DNA from: Piscinibacter defluvii
Lineage (GTDB): Bacteria; Pseudomonadota; Gammaproteobacteria; Burkholderiales; Burkholderiaceae_C
Length of the DNA stretch: 64,000 bases
Assembly: GCF_004011805.1 (NCBI RefSeq)
Contig: NZ_ML137196.1
Location: forward strand, 369,024-433,023
Direction of reading: 5' to 3'
Numbering within the stretch: position 1 is the first letter of the stretch; each line of letters begins with the position of its first letter. Made by a program: the position numbers and the translations under genes. The notes below the pieces were generated by a model. That model had not been told where the DNA came from. It saw only the letters and a program-made list of their open reading frames with translations, and did not search any database. This document shows positions 1-13,933 of this stretch, in pieces.

Positions 1-1394
1 CTCGCGATGCCGCGGCCGCGCAGCCTGCCCCGAGCCTTCGCGTCGGCGCGGCGCGCCGCGAAGCCGTGCCAGTCGGCCAGCGCCAGGCCCTGGTCGAGGA
101 TCTTCTCGAACTGGCCGACGTCGTAGACCTGCTGCATCGGGTTGGTGTAGGGGAACTGCTCGGGCCGCAGCAGGTTGCGGCGGCGCAGCTCGGCCGGGTC
201 GAGCTTCATCTGCCGCGCGGCGGCGTCCATCAGCCGCTCGGTCAGGTAGATCGCCTCGGGCCGCCCGGCGCCGCGGTAGGCGCCGGTGGGCGTGGTGTTG
301 GTCATCACCGCGGTGAGCTTCAGGTCGATCACCGGCACGTGGTAGATGCTGGTCGTGACCCAGGGGCCCACCAGCAGCGGGATCGCCACGCCCACCGTCA
401 TCGCATAGCCGCCCACGTTGGCGAACGAGCGCACGCGCAGCGCCAGCACCTTGCCGTCCGCATCGAGCGCCATCTCGCCGCGCGTGAGCTGGTCGCGCCC
501 GTGCACCGAGGCCGTGAACTCCTCCAGCCGCGTGGCGCACCAGCGCACCGGCCGGCCGAGCGTGCGCGCGGCGAAGGCGACCACCACGTCCTCCGGGTAC
601 AGGCCGGTCTTCATGCCGAAGCCGCCGCCGACATCGCCCACCAGCACACGCACCGCGTCGGTCGCCAGGCCCAGGCAGGCGGCCACGCCGTCGCGCACCG
701 CGGTGGGCATCTGGCTGGAGAGGGTCACCTGCACGCGGCCGTCCACCGGCTCGGCCAGCACGACACGCGGCTCCATCGAGGCCGGCGCGAGGCGCTGGTT
801 GACCACCTCGACCGACACGGTGTGCGCGGCGCGTGCGAACGCCGCCGCGGTGGCAGCCGCGTCGCCGTGGTTCATCTCGGCGGCGATGTTGTTCGGCGCC
901 GCGTCGCACAGCGCCGGCGCGCCGGGCGCGATCGCGGCCAGCGGGTCGGCCACGGCCGGCAGGTCCTCGTAGTCGACCATCACCGCCTCGGCCGCGTCGA
1001 GCGCGGCCTGGCGCGATTCGGCCACCACCGCCGCGACCGCCTCGCCGACGTAGCGCACGCGCTCGGTGGCGATGACGTGGCGCACGGCCGTGGCCCCCGG
1101 CTGGCCGCCCGGGCGCGGGAACGGCACCTCGTTGGGCATCGGCTGGACGCCGGCGGCGGCGAGGTCGGCCCCGCTCCAGGCCGCCAGCACGCCGGGCAGT
1201 GCACGCGCCGCCGCGGTGTCCACCGAGCGGATGCGCGCATGCGCCACCGGCGAGCGCAGCAACACCAGGTGCAGCAGGCCCTCGCGCTGCAGATCGTCGG
1301 TGAACTGGCCGCGGCCGGTGACCAGCGCCGGGTCCTCCAGCCGGCGCACCGGCTTGCCGCTGCCGAAGCGGCCGACGTCGACGGGTGCGTTCAT
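1..1394 (-). CDS. xanthine dehydrogenase/CO dehydrogenase family molybdopterin-binding large subunit (N-terminal part; gene continues beyond window start)
   Basis: Minus-strand frame translates [35 protein letters not shown]..., typical N-terminus of CoxL/aldehyde oxidase large subunits. Its ATG overlaps the stop of the upstream 2Fe-2S subunit gene (ATGA). The plus-strand ORF 66..1454 is its antisense artefact. Confidence 0.7.
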   Translation of the reverse strand, partial: MNAPVDVGRFGSGKPVRRLEDPALVTGRGQFTDDLQREGLLHLVLLRSPVAHARIRSVDTAAARALPGVLAAWSGADLAAAGVQPMPNEVPFPRPGGQPGATAVRHVIATERVRYVGEAVAAVVAESRQAALDAAEAVMVDYEDLPAVADPLAAIAPGAPALCDAAPNNIAAEMNHGDAAATAAAFARAAHTVSVEVVNQRLAPASMEPRVVLAEPVDGRVQVTLSSQMPTAVRDGVAACLGLATDAVRVLVGDVGGGFGMKTGLYPEDVVVAFAARTLGRPVRWCATRLEEFTASVHGRDQLTRGEMALDADGKVLALRVRSFANVGGYAMTVGVAIPLLVGPWVTTSIYHVPVIDLKLTAVMTNTTPTGAYRGAGRPEAIYLTERLMDAAARQMKLDPAELRRRNLLRPEQFPYTNPMQQVYDVGQFEKILDQGLALADWHGFAARRADAKARGRLRGRGIA

Positions 1395-1867
1395 GCGTTC
1401 CCCCCGGCCATCGCGCGGGCGCCCTGCTGCACCGCCGCGACGATGTTGACGTAGCCGGTGCAGCGGCACAGGTTGCCTTCCAGCGCCTCGGCCACCTGCG
1501 CGTCGCTGGGCGCGGGGTTGTGCTGCAGCAGCCCGCAGGCCGCCATCAGCATGCCCGGGGTGCAGAAGCCGCACTGCAGGCCGTGGCAGGCCATGAAGGC
1601 CTCCTGCAGCGGGTGCACCTGGCCCGGCGGCGCGAGGCCCTCGACGGTGGTGACGGAGCGCCCCTGCACCTGCAGCGCCAGCACGCTGCAGCTCTTCACC
1701 GCCGCGCCATCCACCAGCACCGTGCAGGCCCCGCATTGCGCGGTGTCGCAGCCCTGGTGCGTGCCGGTCAGGTGCAGCGGTCCGCGCAGCAGTTCGACCA
1801 GCAGGGTGGTCGGTTCGACCGGGGTGTCGACCGGCTGGCCGTTGACCTGGAGGCGCAAGCTCGTCAT
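1391..1867 (-). CDS. (2Fe-2S)-binding small subunit of molybdenum hydroxylase (CoxS-like)
   Basis: Translation [13 protein letters not shown]...[10 protein letters not shown]...GFCTPGM...CRCTGY shows both Cys clusters of the CoxS/XdhC 2Fe-2S family. Translationally coupled to the large subunit gene. Confidence 0.85.
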   Translation of the reverse strand: MTSLRLQVNGQPVDTPVEPTTLLVELLRGPLHLTGTHQGCDTAQCGACTVLVDGAAVKSCSVLALQVQGRSVTTVEGLAPPGQVHPLQEAFMACHGLQCGFCTPGMLMAACGLLQHNPAPSDAQVAEALEGNLCRCTGYVNIVAAVQQGARAMAGGNA

Positions 1868-1940
1868 GGCGGATCCTTCCACGCGGGGGCGTGATCGTAG
1901 CCCGTTGCGCCGGCGCATGCCGGCGCCGCGCATGGGGGCC

Positions 1941-3638
<1,698 letters not shown>

Positions 3639-3674
3639 CCGCGGCAGCCTACTCCATGCCCGATCCACCCGACA

Positions 3675-5723
3675 ATGGTGGAGTCCGAGCACACGACGGT
3701 CGCCATGCACCTGCCCTTCCACGACCTGCACCGCCACGGCTTCGCGCGTGTGGCGGTCGCGGTGCCGCGCTGCCGCGTCGCCGACCCCGCGTTCAACGCC
3801 GAGCAGACCATCGCGCTGTGGCGCGAAGCCGACGAACGCGGCGCCAGCCTGGTGGCCTTCCCCGAGCTGGGGATCTCGGCCTACACCTGCGACGACCTGT
3901 TCCACCAGCGCGCGCTGCTCGACGCCTGCGAGGCGGCGCTGGCGCGGCTGGTGGAGGCGAGCCTCGGCTTCACCGCGGTCGGCCTGGTGGGCCTGCCGGT
4001 GCGCGCCGACCATGCACTGTTCAACGCTGCGGTCGTGGTGCACCGCGGCCGGCTGCTCGGCGTGGTGCCCAAGACCTACCTGCCCAACTACGGCGAGTTC
4101 TACGAGGCGCGCCAGTTCGTGCCCGCCGGCCAGGCGCGCTCGACGCAGATCGTGCTGGCCGGGCAGAGCGTGCCCTTCGGCGCCGAGCTGCTGTTCGAGG
4201 CCAGCGACCTGCCCGGCTTCGCCTTCCACGCCGAGATCTGCGAGGACGTGTGGGTGCCGGTGCCGCCCTCCTCGTTCGCCGCGCTGGCCGGCGCGACGGT
4301 GCTCGTCAACCTGTCGGCCTCGAACATCGTGATCGGCAAGGCCGACTACCGCGAGCAGCTGGTGCGCGGCCAGTCGGCGCGCTGCCTCGCGGCCTACCTC
4401 TACAGCTCGGCCGGGGCCGGCGAGTCGAGCACCGATCTCGCCTGGGACGGCCAGGCGCTGATCGCCGAGAACGGCGAGCTGCTGGCCGCCTCGGAGCGAT
4501 TCTCCGACGATTCGCACCTGGTCACGGCCGACATCGACCTCGACCGCCTGATGCGCGAGCGTGTGCGCCAGAACAGCTTCTCCGCCAACGCGGCGCGCCA
4601 TGCCGGCGAGGTGCAGCGCTTCCGGCGCCTGGCCTTCGCGCTCGGGCGCCCGGCCGGGCCGGCGCTGCGGCTGCAGCGGCATGTCGCGCGTTTCCCCTAC
4701 GTGCCGTCCGACCCGGCGCGGCGCAGCGAGCGCTGCCGCGAGGTCTACGACATCCAGGTACAGGCGCTGACGCAGCGGCTGCGCGCCGCACGCATCGGCA
4801 AGCTGGTGATCGGTGTCTCCGGCGGGCTCGATTCGACCCATGCGCTGCTGGTTTGCGCCAAGGCGATGGACCGGCTCGGCCGGCCGCGGCGCGACATCGT
4901 CGGCGTGACGATGCCCGGCTTTGCGACCAGCGAGCGCACGCTCGGCCAGGCGCTGCGCCTGCTCGAGGCGATCGGCTGCGATGCGCGCACCATCGACATC
5001 CGGCCGAGCTGTCTGCAGATGCTCAAGGACATCGAGCATCCCTTCGTCGACGGCCATCCGCAGTACGACATCACCTTCGAGAACGTGCAGGCCGGCGAGC
5101 GCACCAGCCACCTGTTCCGCCTGGCCAACCACGTGGGCGGCATCGTGGTCGGCACCGGCGACCTGAGCGAGCTCGCGCTCGGCTGGTGCACCTACGGCGT
5201 GGGCGACCACATGTCGCACTACAGCGTGAACGCCAGCGTGCCCAAGACGCTGATCCAGCACCTGGTGCGCTGGGTCGCCGAGAGCGAGCAGGTGGGCAGC
5301 CCGTGCAGCGAGGTGCTGCTGGACATCCTCGACACCGAGATCAGCCCCGAGCTCGTGCCGGGCGAGGCGGACGGCCAGCCGGCCCAGAGCACCGAGGCGC
5401 GGCTCGGCCCGTACGCGCTGCACGACTTCAGCCTCTACCACCTGCTGCGCTTCGGCTTCGCGCCCTCGAAGGTGGCCTACCTGTGCGAACACGCCTGGCA
5501 GGGCGCCGAGCCGGGCTACCCGCTGGCGGAGATCAAGCGGCACCTGCAGACCTTCCTGCACCGCTTCTTCCAGACCAGCCAGTTCAAGCGCAGCTGCGTG
5601 CCCAACGCGCCCAAGGTCGGCTCGGGCGGCTCGCTCTCGCCGCGCGGCGACTGGCGCGCCCCGAGCGACGGGGAAGCGGCGGCCTGGCTGGCGGAGCTGG
5701 ATTCGAACGTGCCGCAGGCCTGA
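3675..5723 (+). CDS. nadE: glutamine-dependent NAD+ synthetase (large NadE with N-terminal nitrilase domain)
   Basis: [15 protein letters not shown]... then the CN-hydrolase domain ([15 protein letters not shown]) followed by an NAD synthetase domain with the P-loop GVSGGLDS. About 682 aa. Divergent from the acyl-CoA ligase gene. Confidence 0.9.
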   Translation: MVESEHTTVAMHLPFHDLHRHGFARVAVAVPRCRVADPAFNAEQTIALWREADERGASLVAFPELGISAYTCDDLFHQRALLDACEAALARLVEASLGFTAVGLVGLPVRADHALFNAAVVVHRGRLLGVVPKTYLPNYGEFYEARQFVPAGQARSTQIVLAGQSVPFGAELLFEASDLPGFAFHAEICEDVWVPVPPSSFAALAGATVLVNLSASNIVIGKADYREQLVRGQSARCLAAYLYSSAGAGESSTDLAWDGQALIAENGELLAASERFSDDSHLVTADIDLDRLMRERVRQNSFSANAARHAGEVQRFRRLAFALGRPAGPALRLQRHVARFPYVPSDPARRSERCREVYDIQVQALTQRLRAARIGKLVIGVSGGLDSTHALLVCAKAMDRLGRPRRDIVGVTMPGFATSERTLGQALRLLEAIGCDARTIDIRPSCLQMLKDIEHPFVDGHPQYDITFENVQAGERTSHLFRLANHVGGIVVGTGDLSELALGWCTYGVGDHMSHYSVNASVPKTLIQHLVRWVAESEQVGSPCSEVLLDILDTEISPELVPGEADGQPAQSTEARLGPYALHDFSLYHLLRFGFAPSKVAYLCEHAWQGAEPGYPLAEIKRHLQTFLHRFFQTSQFKRSCVPNAPKVGSGGSLSPRGDWRAPSDGEAAAWLAELDSNVPQA

Positions 5724-5744
5724 CCGGCCCCCGGCCGGGGCGAC

Positions 5745-6896
5745 TCATCCGGCGCAGACGGTGTTGCGCCCGGCGGACTTGGCGCGGTACAGGGCGGCAT
5801 CCGCCCGCTCGAGCATCTCGGCGGCTTCCTCCCCGGCGCGGCTGATCGTCAGCCCGATCGAGCAGGTGACCGCGAGATCCGCGGAGACATCCGCCCAGGG
5901 GTGGGCCTCCACCGCGCATCGAAACCGCTCGGCGGCCAGGCCCGCCAGGCGCGCATCCGGGGTGTTGGGCAGCAGCAGGAGAAACTCTTCACCGCCGAAC
6001 CGGGCGATGCGATCGGTGCTGCGCAGAATGCCGGAAGCGATCTTCGCGAACCTGCGCAGGACCTCGTCGCCGGTGGCATGGCCATGGCGGTCGTTCACCC
6101 GCTTGAAGTGATCGATGTCCATGATGGCCACCGCGAAGGCCGGGCCGCCGCGTGCGAACCGCGCCCGTTCCTCGGTCAGCAAGGTCAGGATGCTGCGCCG
6201 GTTCTGCAGGCCGGTCAGCTCGTCGCGCTCCGAGAGTTCGCGCACCTGGGTCAATGCCTGGGCCAGCCGGGCGTTGCTGGCCGCCAGGGCCTTGCGCATC
6301 TGCGTGCCGATCAGGTTGATGGCCGCGATCTTGCCGAGGATCAACGCGAACCAGGTGCCGCTGAGCAGGCGCAACCACCCGTCGTCCAGCGGCATGCCGA
6401 AGCGACCGCCGTAGGCCCACAGCAGCGCCAGCGAGACGACGGCGATGAGGCCGGAGACGGCCAGCACATGCCTGAGCGGCAACTGCAGCGCGGCCGTGGC
6501 CACGGCGACGATCATCGTCAGCATCAGCAGCATGCCGATCTGCGGCACGGCGGCGGCCGTGGCGAGCATCAGGGTGCAGGCGCTCAGCAACTGCAGGGTC
6601 GTGAACCATGCACCCCCCATGCGCCGATGGACACCCGTGCGCACGAGAGCGACGAACAGGCCCGTCAGGCCACAGCCTGCGGCGGCATAGGCCAGCGCGG
6701 CCAGGGGCGGCAGCGCTCCGTGCACCGCAAAGGCGGCCATCAGCACGGCGTCGAGGATGTAGAACGCCAGCACCATGCCCTGCGTACGCATCGCGCGGCC
6801 GGCAGGGCCGGCCTGGGCAGGCGACGCCGTGGTCGCCGCCGGCGTGTCGGGAAGGGGCGGTCCGCTGTACTGCATGTGGCGGATCGGCATCGCTGG
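5745..6896 (-). CDS. membrane-anchored diguanylate cyclase (GGDEF domain)
   Basis: The C-terminal [12 protein letters not shown] motif lies in a GGDEF domain. The N-terminal part has about six hydrophobic helices. The start is uncertain: MPIRHM at 6896 or MRTQGM at 6791. Confidence 0.7.
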   Translation of the reverse strand, partial: PAMPIRHMQYSGPPLPDTPAATTASPAQAGPAGRAMRTQGMVLAFYILDAVLMAAFAVHGALPPLAALAYAAAGCGLTGLFVALVRTGVHRRMGGAWFTTLQLLSACTLMLATAAAVPQIGMLLMLTMIVAVATAALQLPLRHVLAVSGLIAVVSLALLWAYGGRFGMPLDDGWLRLLSGTWFALILGKIAAINLIGTQMRKALAASNARLAQALTQVRELSERDELTGLQNRRSILTLLTEERARFARGGPAFAVAIMDIDHFKRVNDRHGHATGDEVLRRFAKIASGILRSTDRIARFGGEEFLLLLPNTPDARLAGLAAERFRCAVEAHPWADVSADLAVTCSIGLTISRAGEEAAEMLERADAALYRAKSAGRNTVCAG

Positions 6897-7011
6897 GCGG
6901 AGGGGGGCCGATCCACCCCTTCTTTCGGCCCCGGCAGCAAGGACTTGAGCCTTCGAGCCGATGTGGCTTCGCCGCTCGCGCTGAACCCCCGGCGGGGGGG
7001 CGCTCAGAGGC

Positions 7012-7614
7012 TCAGAACAGCGCCGCCTGGTCCGCCGCCTCGAACAGCTTGCGCGACAGCTCGCGCATCTGCTGGTTGATGTCCTGCGAGGGCGGCGTGC
7101 TGGCGCGGGCGCTCCAGGCCGGCTTGCCGCTGCGCACGTCGCTGACGCGGCCCTCGAGCGCGAAGCCGTAGGTGGTCTGGCCGCCGGCGATCGGGGCCGA
7201 CACGCCGACCCCGCCGCGCACGCTGCCGCCGCCCAGGCCGAAGGCACCCAGGCCGATCGAGAAGCTGGGCGTTGCGCCGGCGCCGGCCACGCTGACGCGG
7301 TTCACCCACAGCGCACGCACGCCGAGCTTGCCGGCCGCGGCCAGCAGCGGCGCATCCCCCTGGCCCGGCGCGAACTCGGGCGCCGGCACCGGCGTCGCAT
7401 TGCGCGCGACGAGTTCGGACGCGAGCTGGTCCTGGCAGAGCTTCTTCAGCGTCAGGTCGGGCGCCTCGCAGGCCACCATCACACGGGCGCCGCGCAGCAG
7501 GTCGGGCGGGCGCTGCGGGTCGCTCCATTGCGCGTCGACCTGGGTCGAGGCGCAGCCGGCCAGGGCCAGCAGGGGCAGCAGCGCAAACGGGAGCAGGCGG
7601 CGGGCGGGGTGCAT
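7012..7614 (-). CDS. lipoprotein (signal peptide with lipobox LAGC)
   Basis: MHPARRLLPFALLPLLALAGCAST... is a type II signal peptide with a lipobox. About 200 aa. It lies 44 bp downstream of the giant operon on the same strand. Confidence 0.6.
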   Translation of the reverse strand: MHPARRLLPFALLPLLALAGCASTQVDAQWSDPQRPPDLLRGARVMVACEAPDLTLKKLCQDQLASELVARNATPVPAPEFAPGQGDAPLLAAAGKLGVRALWVNRVSVAGAGATPSFSIGLGAFGLGGGSVRGGVGVSAPIAGGQTTYGFALEGRVSDVRSGKPAWSARASTPPSQDINQQMRELSRKLFEAADQAALF

Positions 7615-7657
7615 GCACGCATTCTGCCGCGCGTGCGTTCCCCGCGGCGCGGCCGCC

Positions 7658-9496
7658 TTACGGCTCGATGCCGTCGTAACGCAGCCCGCTCGACCCCTCG
7701 CCGCGGCCGACACGCTTGCGCAGCGCGAGCCACAGCACCGTGCTGCCGCCGATCCAGCGCGTGCATTGGTAGCCGCGCGTGACGAGCGCACCTTCGCGCG
7801 GCACCTCCTCGTCGTGCAGCCGCAGCGGCGCGCCGGCCAGGATCGCGCCACGCGCCGCGTTGAGGCCACCGGTCTGCTGCAGCCGGCCGCGCACCAGGCG
7901 CAGGCTGCCGTCGGGCGCGGCCTGGCGCTGCGGCACCAGCGGGATCCAGTGCGGCGGCACCTCGGTGGCGAGGCGGTAGGACGGCAGCGCAGCGCCGGGC
8001 GAATCGGCCGCGCTCGCGTCGCGGCGCTCGTCGGTGGCGCGCTCGACACGCTGCTCGACGCGCCCCTGCACCACCTTCTCCACCGCCCAGGCCAGGTTGG
8101 CCAGCTCGTCGCGCAGCAGCAGCACCTCGTCGCGCGGGTTGCCGTCCAGGCTGCGCAGCAGGCCGGGCGCCAGGTAGAACAGGTTGGCGCGTGGCGCCGA
8201 GGGCCGGTAGATCGCCGCGCTCATGCTGTCGCGCGCCGGCGGGCGCTGCAGCGTGGCGAGCGCGAACATCGAGAACACGTTGGCCTGGTCGGCCGTGCCC
8301 GGCTCGTGCGGGCGGATCAGGGTCTGCACGCCGAAGGTGTCGGCCACCACCAGCGAGCGGGTCTGCGTCAGCGTGCCGACCGCCAGGTCGACCGGGATCA
8401 CGTACCAGTCGTTGCCGTGGCTGCCGGCGAAGTCGGCCAGCAGCAGCTGCGGCAGGTCGCCCGGGCCGGCGGGCAACAGGCCATGGTCGATGCGCGCGTC
8501 CTCGAACTCCCAGAAGCGCCGCGCCGGCGCGCCGCGAAAGCTCACCGGCGCAGGCATCACGGTGCGGGCCACCTCGCCGGCGGCCTGGTCGAACACCGCG
8601 CCGAGCGGCACGGCGGGGTCGAGGTCGACGCTGTGCCAGTCGAGCCGGCCGCCGTCGTACTCGGCCGCGGTTAGCGTCAGGTCCGCCGCGCCCAGCCCGG
8701 CGCCGGCCGAGAAGGCGTATTCGAGCCGCTCACGCTGCCAGGCGTCGGGCCCGGGCGCGGGCTCGCAGAACAGCGTCTCGTAGGTCGCGAGCCAGGCGTC
8801 GACGGCGGCATTCACCTCGGCGCGGTCGGGCCCCGCGATGGCGGGCTCGGCGGGCAGCGGCAAGCGTGTGCCGTCGGCCGCGCGCCAGGCGGCGGCCAGC
8901 AGGCGGCCGTCGGGCACGCGGCCGGCCATCAGGTCCCAGTAGTCGCGCGATTCGTCGTCGAGCGTGGCGCGTTCGGCGGCGGTCGGTGCCTCCAGCGCAT
9001 GCTGGGCGATGAAACCGGCGCGGTAGCTGCGCGACAGCGGCTGCGCCTCGAGCAGGCGCAGGAAGTGCAGCCCGCTCTCGGCCGCCAGCCGGATCGAGCT
9101 GCCGGCATCGAAGGGGCCGCTCGCGCGCACCGGGCGGCGCTCGACCACCGCCTCGAGCGGCAGCGCGGCCGGGTCGTAGGGCTGCGGGCGGATCGGCTGG
9201 CCGGGCTGCGCAGCGCCGGGCCAGACCCGCGTCAGCGGCGCGCTCAGGCCGCGCCAGCGCGCCTGCACCGGCGAGCCGGCGTCCTCGCCCTCGAACTCGC
9301 CCACCTGCCACTGGCGCGCCAGCAGCCAGAGCGGATCGAACACGCGTGCATGGATGCCCTCGCGCATCGCCGCATCGCGGCAGCGGGGCTCGAGGCGCAC
9401 CCAGCTGGTGATGGACGGTTGCGGTCCGGAGGAGGCGACGACGACCGTGGCCGCGAGGGTGGCGCCGGTGGCAGCCGTGGTGGGACGGGTGACCAT
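7658..9496 (-). CDS. hypothetical protein, 612 aa (gene 5 of giant operon)
   Basis: MVTRPTT... (alternative start MREGIHARVFDPLWLLARQWQVGEFEG at about 9367). Residue composition is protein-like (W, F, Y, D, E) in a 70% GC background. Its ATG lies 3 nt after the stop of the upstream gene. No signal peptide and no recognised domain. Confidence 0.6.
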   Translation of the reverse strand: MVTRPTTAATGATLAATVVVASSGPQPSITSWVRLEPRCRDAAMREGIHARVFDPLWLLARQWQVGEFEGEDAGSPVQARWRGLSAPLTRVWPGAAQPGQPIRPQPYDPAALPLEAVVERRPVRASGPFDAGSSIRLAAESGLHFLRLLEAQPLSRSYRAGFIAQHALEAPTAAERATLDDESRDYWDLMAGRVPDGRLLAAAWRAADGTRLPLPAEPAIAGPDRAEVNAAVDAWLATYETLFCEPAPGPDAWQRERLEYAFSAGAGLGAADLTLTAAEYDGGRLDWHSVDLDPAVPLGAVFDQAAGEVARTVMPAPVSFRGAPARRFWEFEDARIDHGLLPAGPGDLPQLLLADFAGSHGNDWYVIPVDLAVGTLTQTRSLVVADTFGVQTLIRPHEPGTADQANVFSMFALATLQRPPARDSMSAAIYRPSAPRANLFYLAPGLLRSLDGNPRDEVLLLRDELANLAWAVEKVVQGRVEQRVERATDERRDASAADSPGAALPSYRLATEVPPHWIPLVPQRQAAPDGSLRLVRGRLQQTGGLNAARGAILAGAPLRLHDEEVPREGALVTRGYQCTRWIGGSTVLWLALRKRVGRGEGSSGLRYDGIEP

Positions 9497-9498
9497 GG

Positions 9499-12400
9499 TC
9501 AGCGCAAGGTGGCGAGGCCGGGCGACACCGCGTCGCCCTCGGCGTTGACGGCCAGCCCGAGGGCCGGCAGGAAGTGCGCGAGCTCGCCGACCGCGCTGCC
9601 GGCCGCGCCGACCGGGTCGACGAAGGCGCGGTCCAGCGCCTCGGCGTCGACCGCGCGCAGCGCGGCCAGCTCGAGCGTCTCGAGCAGCAGGCGGTGCAGC
9701 GACCAGCCGGTCCAGGGCTGCGCGGCATCGGGCGGCACGGCCAGCAGCACGGTCTGCGGCGCGCAGGCATCGGGCGCGTCGAACTGGAACGCGATGCCGG
9801 TGCTCTCGCGTTCGTTCGGCACCGTCTCGACCCAGTCGTCCAGCCACAGGCCGGCCAGCGGCTGGGTGGCGTCGAGTCCGTCGTCGGCCTGCAGCACCAG
9901 CGAGAGCTTGCCGGCCGGGATGGCCTGTCCGGGCAGCGGCGCCAGGCCGACCCAGCGCTCGCCGGCCACGTGCGGCAGCTGCGCCACCGCCAGGCGCGGC
10001 CGCTCGGCGGCACCGATCGCCTCGGCCGCGTGCAGCAGCGCGCCGGCGCGGCCCACGCCCTCGCGCACGCGCGCCAGGCGCTGCCACCACGGGTGCAGCA
10101 CCAGCGGGTCGCCACCCAGCAGCACCGGCCCGGCGGCAAGCGACGCGTTCAGCTCGGCGCCATTGGCCGGCACGAAGGGCGCGAGGGCCAGGAAGTCGGC
10201 GCCGAACAGCGTCTTCAGCCGGGCCGAGGCAGAGGCCGCCCGCTGGCGCGCGTCGGCGCCGGCCGGGCTGCGCTGCGCGGCCAGCGCCGCCAGCCGCCGC
10301 GCGGCCTCGGCCTGCACCGGGCGCGCCTGCAGCAGCAGCGCGGCACGTTCGGCGGCTGCCTCGGCCAGCGGCGCACCCGGCACGGTGCCGGCCACGCCGT
10401 AGCGCAGCAGCGCGAGCAGCGCCTTGCGCAGGGCCGGGATGGCCGCCGTGTCGGGCGTGGCCAGCAAGGCCTGCAGCGGCGCCAGCGCGGCGCCCAGGCC
10501 GGCCTCGGCGGCCGCGGCGCGTGCCTCCAGGTCCTCGGCCGCGGGCTGGCCGTTCGCGCTGGCCGCCGGCCCGGCCAGGTCCAGCGGGTCGAGCATGCGT
10601 GCGCCGGCCAGGCATTGGCGCGCCCGGGCCGCGACTTCGAGCGCCTCGCGCAGGCTGAACTCGCCCGCCGCCCAGCCGCTGCGCCGGCGCGGGTCCAGGC
10701 GCAGCGGCGCGCCGGCGGGCACCCCGGCCAGCTGGCCGCGCGCGACCTGCAGCGCGAGCGCGTCGAGCTCGGGGGTGGCGGCGCCGGGGCGCGCCGGCGC
10801 CATCCAGACCAGGTCGAGCGGCGCGAGCGCCAGCGCCGACAGCCGGCATTCGAGCCGGCGCAGCACGCGGCCGGCCGCGTCGAGCTGCTCGACGCCGTAG
10901 CGCACCCGGGCCGGCAGCGGCAGCAGCCGTGCGGCCCAGGCGTTCAGGCGCGGCTCGGCGGTGGCCCGCGGCGACGTCGTCGGCCGGGCCCAGCCGGCCG
11001 GCGCCGTCGTGGCGGCCGGGGCGGCCAGCAGCCAGGCCACGCGCTGCGTCAGCCCGGTGCCGCTGCGCGGCGTGCGCGCCACCGTCAGCTCGGGCGGCGG
11101 TGCCTCGCCGTGCGCGATGGCGGCCAGCGTGCTGGCGCTGCGCGCGGTGTTGCCGCGCACCGTCTGGTGCACGGTCTCGGCCAGCACCGCATCGGCCAGC
11201 GCGTCGACCGTGTCGTCGAGCACCCGCAGCGCCGCCGCGCAGACCGCGAACGGCGAGTCCGCCGGCAGCGGACCGCCCGGCGCCAGCGCCTGCTGCCACA
11301 GCTGGTGCAGCCGCAGGCCGTCGACCACGCGGTTCGCGGCCACGCTCTCGGCGCTGGTGCCGGGCGGCGCGTCGGCGCTTTGCAGCGGCGCCAGCGCGCG
11401 GCAGCGCGGCACCTGGGCGTCGAGCCCGCGTTCGTGCAGCTCGCGCTCGAAGCGGTAGCCAAGCAGCGCGCCGAGCGGCTGGCCCTGGCGCACGCCGTCG
11501 AGCAATTGCTCGGCCAGGCGCACGCGCCGCGAGGACAGGTCCACCGCGAAGGCGCCGGCCGCCTGCAGGTTGGCCTTGCCGAGGTGGCCGTTGCGCAGCA
11601 GCGCGGCGGTCTGCGCCTGCTCGAGCGAGGGCGCGTGCAGGAAGCCGGGGTCGTCGCGCAGCGGGTAGACCGGGCCGGTCTCGCCGGGCGGCGTGGGCAG
11701 CGGCGCGATGGCCGGCGCGGCGCGCAGGTTCAGCACCCAGCCGTAGCCGCCGCAGCGCAGCCCGGTGGCGCGCGTGCCGCGCAGCGCCGCGAGGCGGCGC
11801 GTGGCCAGCGAGGTGATCCAGGCGTCGAGCCGGTGCGCGGCGCAGTCCAGCGTGCCGGCCAGCAGGCGCTGCAGCGCGGGGGTGGGCAGGCCGGCCAGGT
11901 GGGCGAAGGCCTCGCGCAGGTCGCGCAGCGGCGCGGCCTCGGGGGCCTCGAGCCCGGCCGGCGTGGCAAGGAAGGCGCCGAGCGGCTGCCCGCCGCTGGC
12001 CTCGGCACTTGCGGCGAGCTGCTCGCGCCAGGTGGTGCTGCGCGTGGCGGCGTTGAAGTTCATCAGCTCGACATCGCGCCAGGGCCCTGGCGGCACCGCC
12101 TGGCCCCGCGCGGCCAGGCGCAGCGCGGCGGCCAGCGTCTCGAGCTGCAGCGCGTGGCGCAGCAGCGCCTGCAGCAGTGAACGCGCATCGGTCGGCGCAC
12201 CCGGCGCCGCGGGCGGCGGCTGCAGCGGCGGCGCGGCCAGCAGGGCCTGGATGAACGCGGCCTCGTCGTCGCGCACCAGCGGCACGCCGAGTGCCTCGCT
12301 GCCGGGCGCGAAGGCCGATTCGGCCAGGCGCGGTCGCCCGGTCAGGCCGAGCTGGCGCCACACCGCGTAGGCCAGCGTGTCGCGGGCAGCCGCCCAGCCG

Positions 12401-13920
12401 CTGGCCGCGGGGTCGACCCCGAGGAAGCTGCGCAGGTGCTGCAGGTAGCGCGGGCCGAGCAGCTGGCGCAGCCGGTAGCCGGCCGCGACCGCATCGCTTT
12501 GCAGCGCGGCGGCGAGCTCGGCGTCGGCCGTGCCGCCGTTCGGGCGTCCCAGGCGCGGCACGCTGTCGATGCGTGGCCGCCAGAGCCGGTCGCGCAGCGT
12601 GACGAGCAGGTCGCGCAGGCGCTGCTCGCGCGCCGCGTCGGGGTCGCCGGCACGCGGCGCCAGGTCCGCCAGCAGCGTGACCGGCAGCAGGCCGTAGGGC
12701 TGGCGCCCGACGCGCAGCGCCGGCAGCGGGCCGAACGGGCGCAGGAAGTCGAGCGCATGGCCGCGCACCCAGTCGAGCGCGGCCGGCGTGAGCCCGGTGC
12801 CGACGAAGCCGATCAGGTTGGCGAGGTGGTAGCCCCAGGTGGCCGGCCAGAGCGCCGCGGCCATCTGGCGCGCGTCGAGCTGCTCGCGCGCGGCCGCGCC
12901 CTCGAGCCGGCCGAGCGCGGCCAGCGCCGGCGCGTCGGACAGGCCGAGCGAGCGCGCCAGGCGCTCGGCCTGCGTGTGCGGCGCGAGCGTGGCGAGCGCG
13001 TCGCGCCACAGCGTGTCGAAGCTGCGCCGGTGGCCGGGGTCGCCGCTGTCGTGGCCGGAGGGCTCGTCCTCGGTGTTGTTGGTCGGCGTCGCGCTGGCCA
13101 GGAAGGCCAGGCCGTCGGTGTGCCGGTGCGCCTCCAGCAGCCCGGCCAGGCCGGCCGAGGCGTCGGCGGCCGCGCCCACGCCGAACACCAGCAGCACGTC
13201 GACGCCGGTCACGCCGACCGGCAGCAGCAGGCGCAGCGCCATGCCCTCGCGCTCGGCGGTCTCGAAATCGACCATCCAGCGCATGCCGGCGTCGATGGCG
13301 AGCTGGTCCTCGCGCGTCGGCGGGCTGCTGCCGGTCACCGCCGGCCCGAGCGCCGGGGCGCGCTTGATCGGCCGCCCCTGCGCCTGCGCGACGACCTGCC
13401 CCCCGGCACGGGCCACGGCGAACCAGCGCTCGGGCATCAGCCGCGCCACCGGCGTGATGCTCCAGCCCGAGGCGCCCGCCGCCGGCCGCGGCGTGACGGC
13501 CGGGAAGCGCGGCGTGCCGGGCTTCGCCGGGTCCGGCCCGGGCGCGTTGGTCGGCGTCAGCACCTGCGCGATCCAGGCCGCGCGGGCCGCGTCGAAGCGG
13601 TCGGCCAGCTGCTGCCAGGCGGCGCGGCGCTTGTCCTCGCTGGTGCCGGCCAGCCAGGTCTGGGTCCAGAAGTGCTTGCCCCATTCGATCTCGGCGGCGG
13701 TCAGCGCACGTTCGTGCGCGTCGACATGGAGCTGGTCCGGGAACACACGCACGCGCAGCTCGCTGCGGCCGTCCGGCTGCGCGAAGAAACGCGTCTCCAG
13801 CCGCACCGGCAGCAGCGCGAGCGGCAGGTCGCCGGGTGCGAGCGGCGCGGCCAGCTCGGCCGGCACGGGCTGCGGCGAGAAGGCCAGCAGCTGGATCATC
13901 GAGGGCAGTACCGTCGGCAT
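9499..13920 (-). CDS. hypothetical protein, 1473 aa, Ala/Leu-rich and probably largely alpha-helical (gene 4 of giant operon)
   Basis: [18 protein letters not shown]...[10 protein letters not shown]... is continuous, non-low-complexity and spans 4.4 kb. The start lies 13 nt after the stop of gene 3. No recognised domain. Confidence 0.65.
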   Translation of the reverse strand: MPTVLPSMIQLLAFSPQPVPAELAAPLAPGDLPLALLPVRLETRFFAQPDGRSELRVRVFPDQLHVDAHERALTAAEIEWGKHFWTQTWLAGTSEDKRRAAWQQLADRFDAARAAWIAQVLTPTNAPGPDPAKPGTPRFPAVTPRPAAGASGWSITPVARLMPERWFAVARAGGQVVAQAQGRPIKRAPALGPAVTGSSPPTREDQLAIDAGMRWMVDFETAEREGMALRLLLPVGVTGVDVLLVFGVGAAADASAGLAGLLEAHRHTDGLAFLASATPTNNTEDEPSGHDSGDPGHRRSFDTLWRDALATLAPHTQAERLARSLGLSDAPALAALGRLEGAAAREQLDARQMAAALWPATWGYHLANLIGFVGTGLTPAALDWVRGHALDFLRPFGPLPALRVGRQPYGLLPVTLLADLAPRAGDPDAAREQRLRDLLVTLRDRLWRPRIDSVPRLGRPNGGTADAELAAALQSDAVAAGYRLRQLLGPRYLQHLRSFLGVDPAASGWAAARDTLAYAVWRQLGLTGRPRLAESAFAPGSEALGVPLVRDDEAAFIQALLAAPPLQPPPAAPGAPTDARSLLQALLRHALQLETLAAALRLAARGQAVPPGPWRDVELMNFNAATRSTTWREQLAASAEASGGQPLGAFLATPAGLEAPEAAPLRDLREAFAHLAGLPTPALQRLLAGTLDCAAHRLDAWITSLATRRLAALRGTRATGLRCGGYGWVLNLRAAPAIAPLPTPPGETGPVYPLRDDPGFLHAPSLEQAQTAALLRNGHLGKANLQAAGAFAVDLSSRRVRLAEQLLDGVRQGQPLGALLGYRFERELHERGLDAQVPRCRALAPLQSADAPPGTSAESVAANRVVDGLRLHQLWQQALAPGGPLPADSPFAVCAAALRVLDDTVDALADAVLAETVHQTVRGNTARSASTLAAIAHGEAPPPELTVARTPRSGTGLTQRVAWLLAAPAATTAPAGWARPTTSPRATAEPRLNAWAARLLPLPARVRYGVEQLDAAGRVLRRLECRLSALALAPLDLVWMAPARPGAATPELDALALQVARGQLAGVPAGAPLRLDPRRRSGWAAGEFSLREALEVAARARQCLAGARMLDPLDLAGPAASANGQPAAEDLEARAAAAEAGLGAALAPLQALLATPDTAAIPALRKALLALLRYGVAGTVPGAPLAEAAAERAALLLQARPVQAEAARRLAALAAQRSPAGADARQRAASASARLKTLFGADFLALAPFVPANGAELNASLAAGPVLLGGDPLVLHPWWQRLARVREGVGRAGALLHAAEAIGAAERPRLAVAQLPHVAGERWVGLAPLPGQAIPAGKLSLVLQADDGLDATQPLAGLWLDDWVETVPNERESTGIAFQFDAPDACAPQTVLLAVPPDAAQPWTGWSLHRLLLETLELAALRAVDAEALDRAFVDPVGAAGSAVGELAHFLPALGLAVNAEGDAVSPGLATLR

Positions 13921-13933
13921 GGTGGGGGCGCGG

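Noticed and set aside
66-1454. 462-aa plus-strand ORF at the window start
   Set aside because: It is the antisense of the CoxL-like large-subunit gene and has low-complexity Arg/His/Gly-rich composition.
7658-13684. A 2008-aa minus-strand ORF in the six-frame track
   Set aside because: Only its 3-prime 612 codons (7658-9496) are a real gene. Upstream it reads out of frame through gene 4 and is Arg/Ala/Gly/Pro-rich low complexity. This is a high-GC stop-codon-poor artefact.
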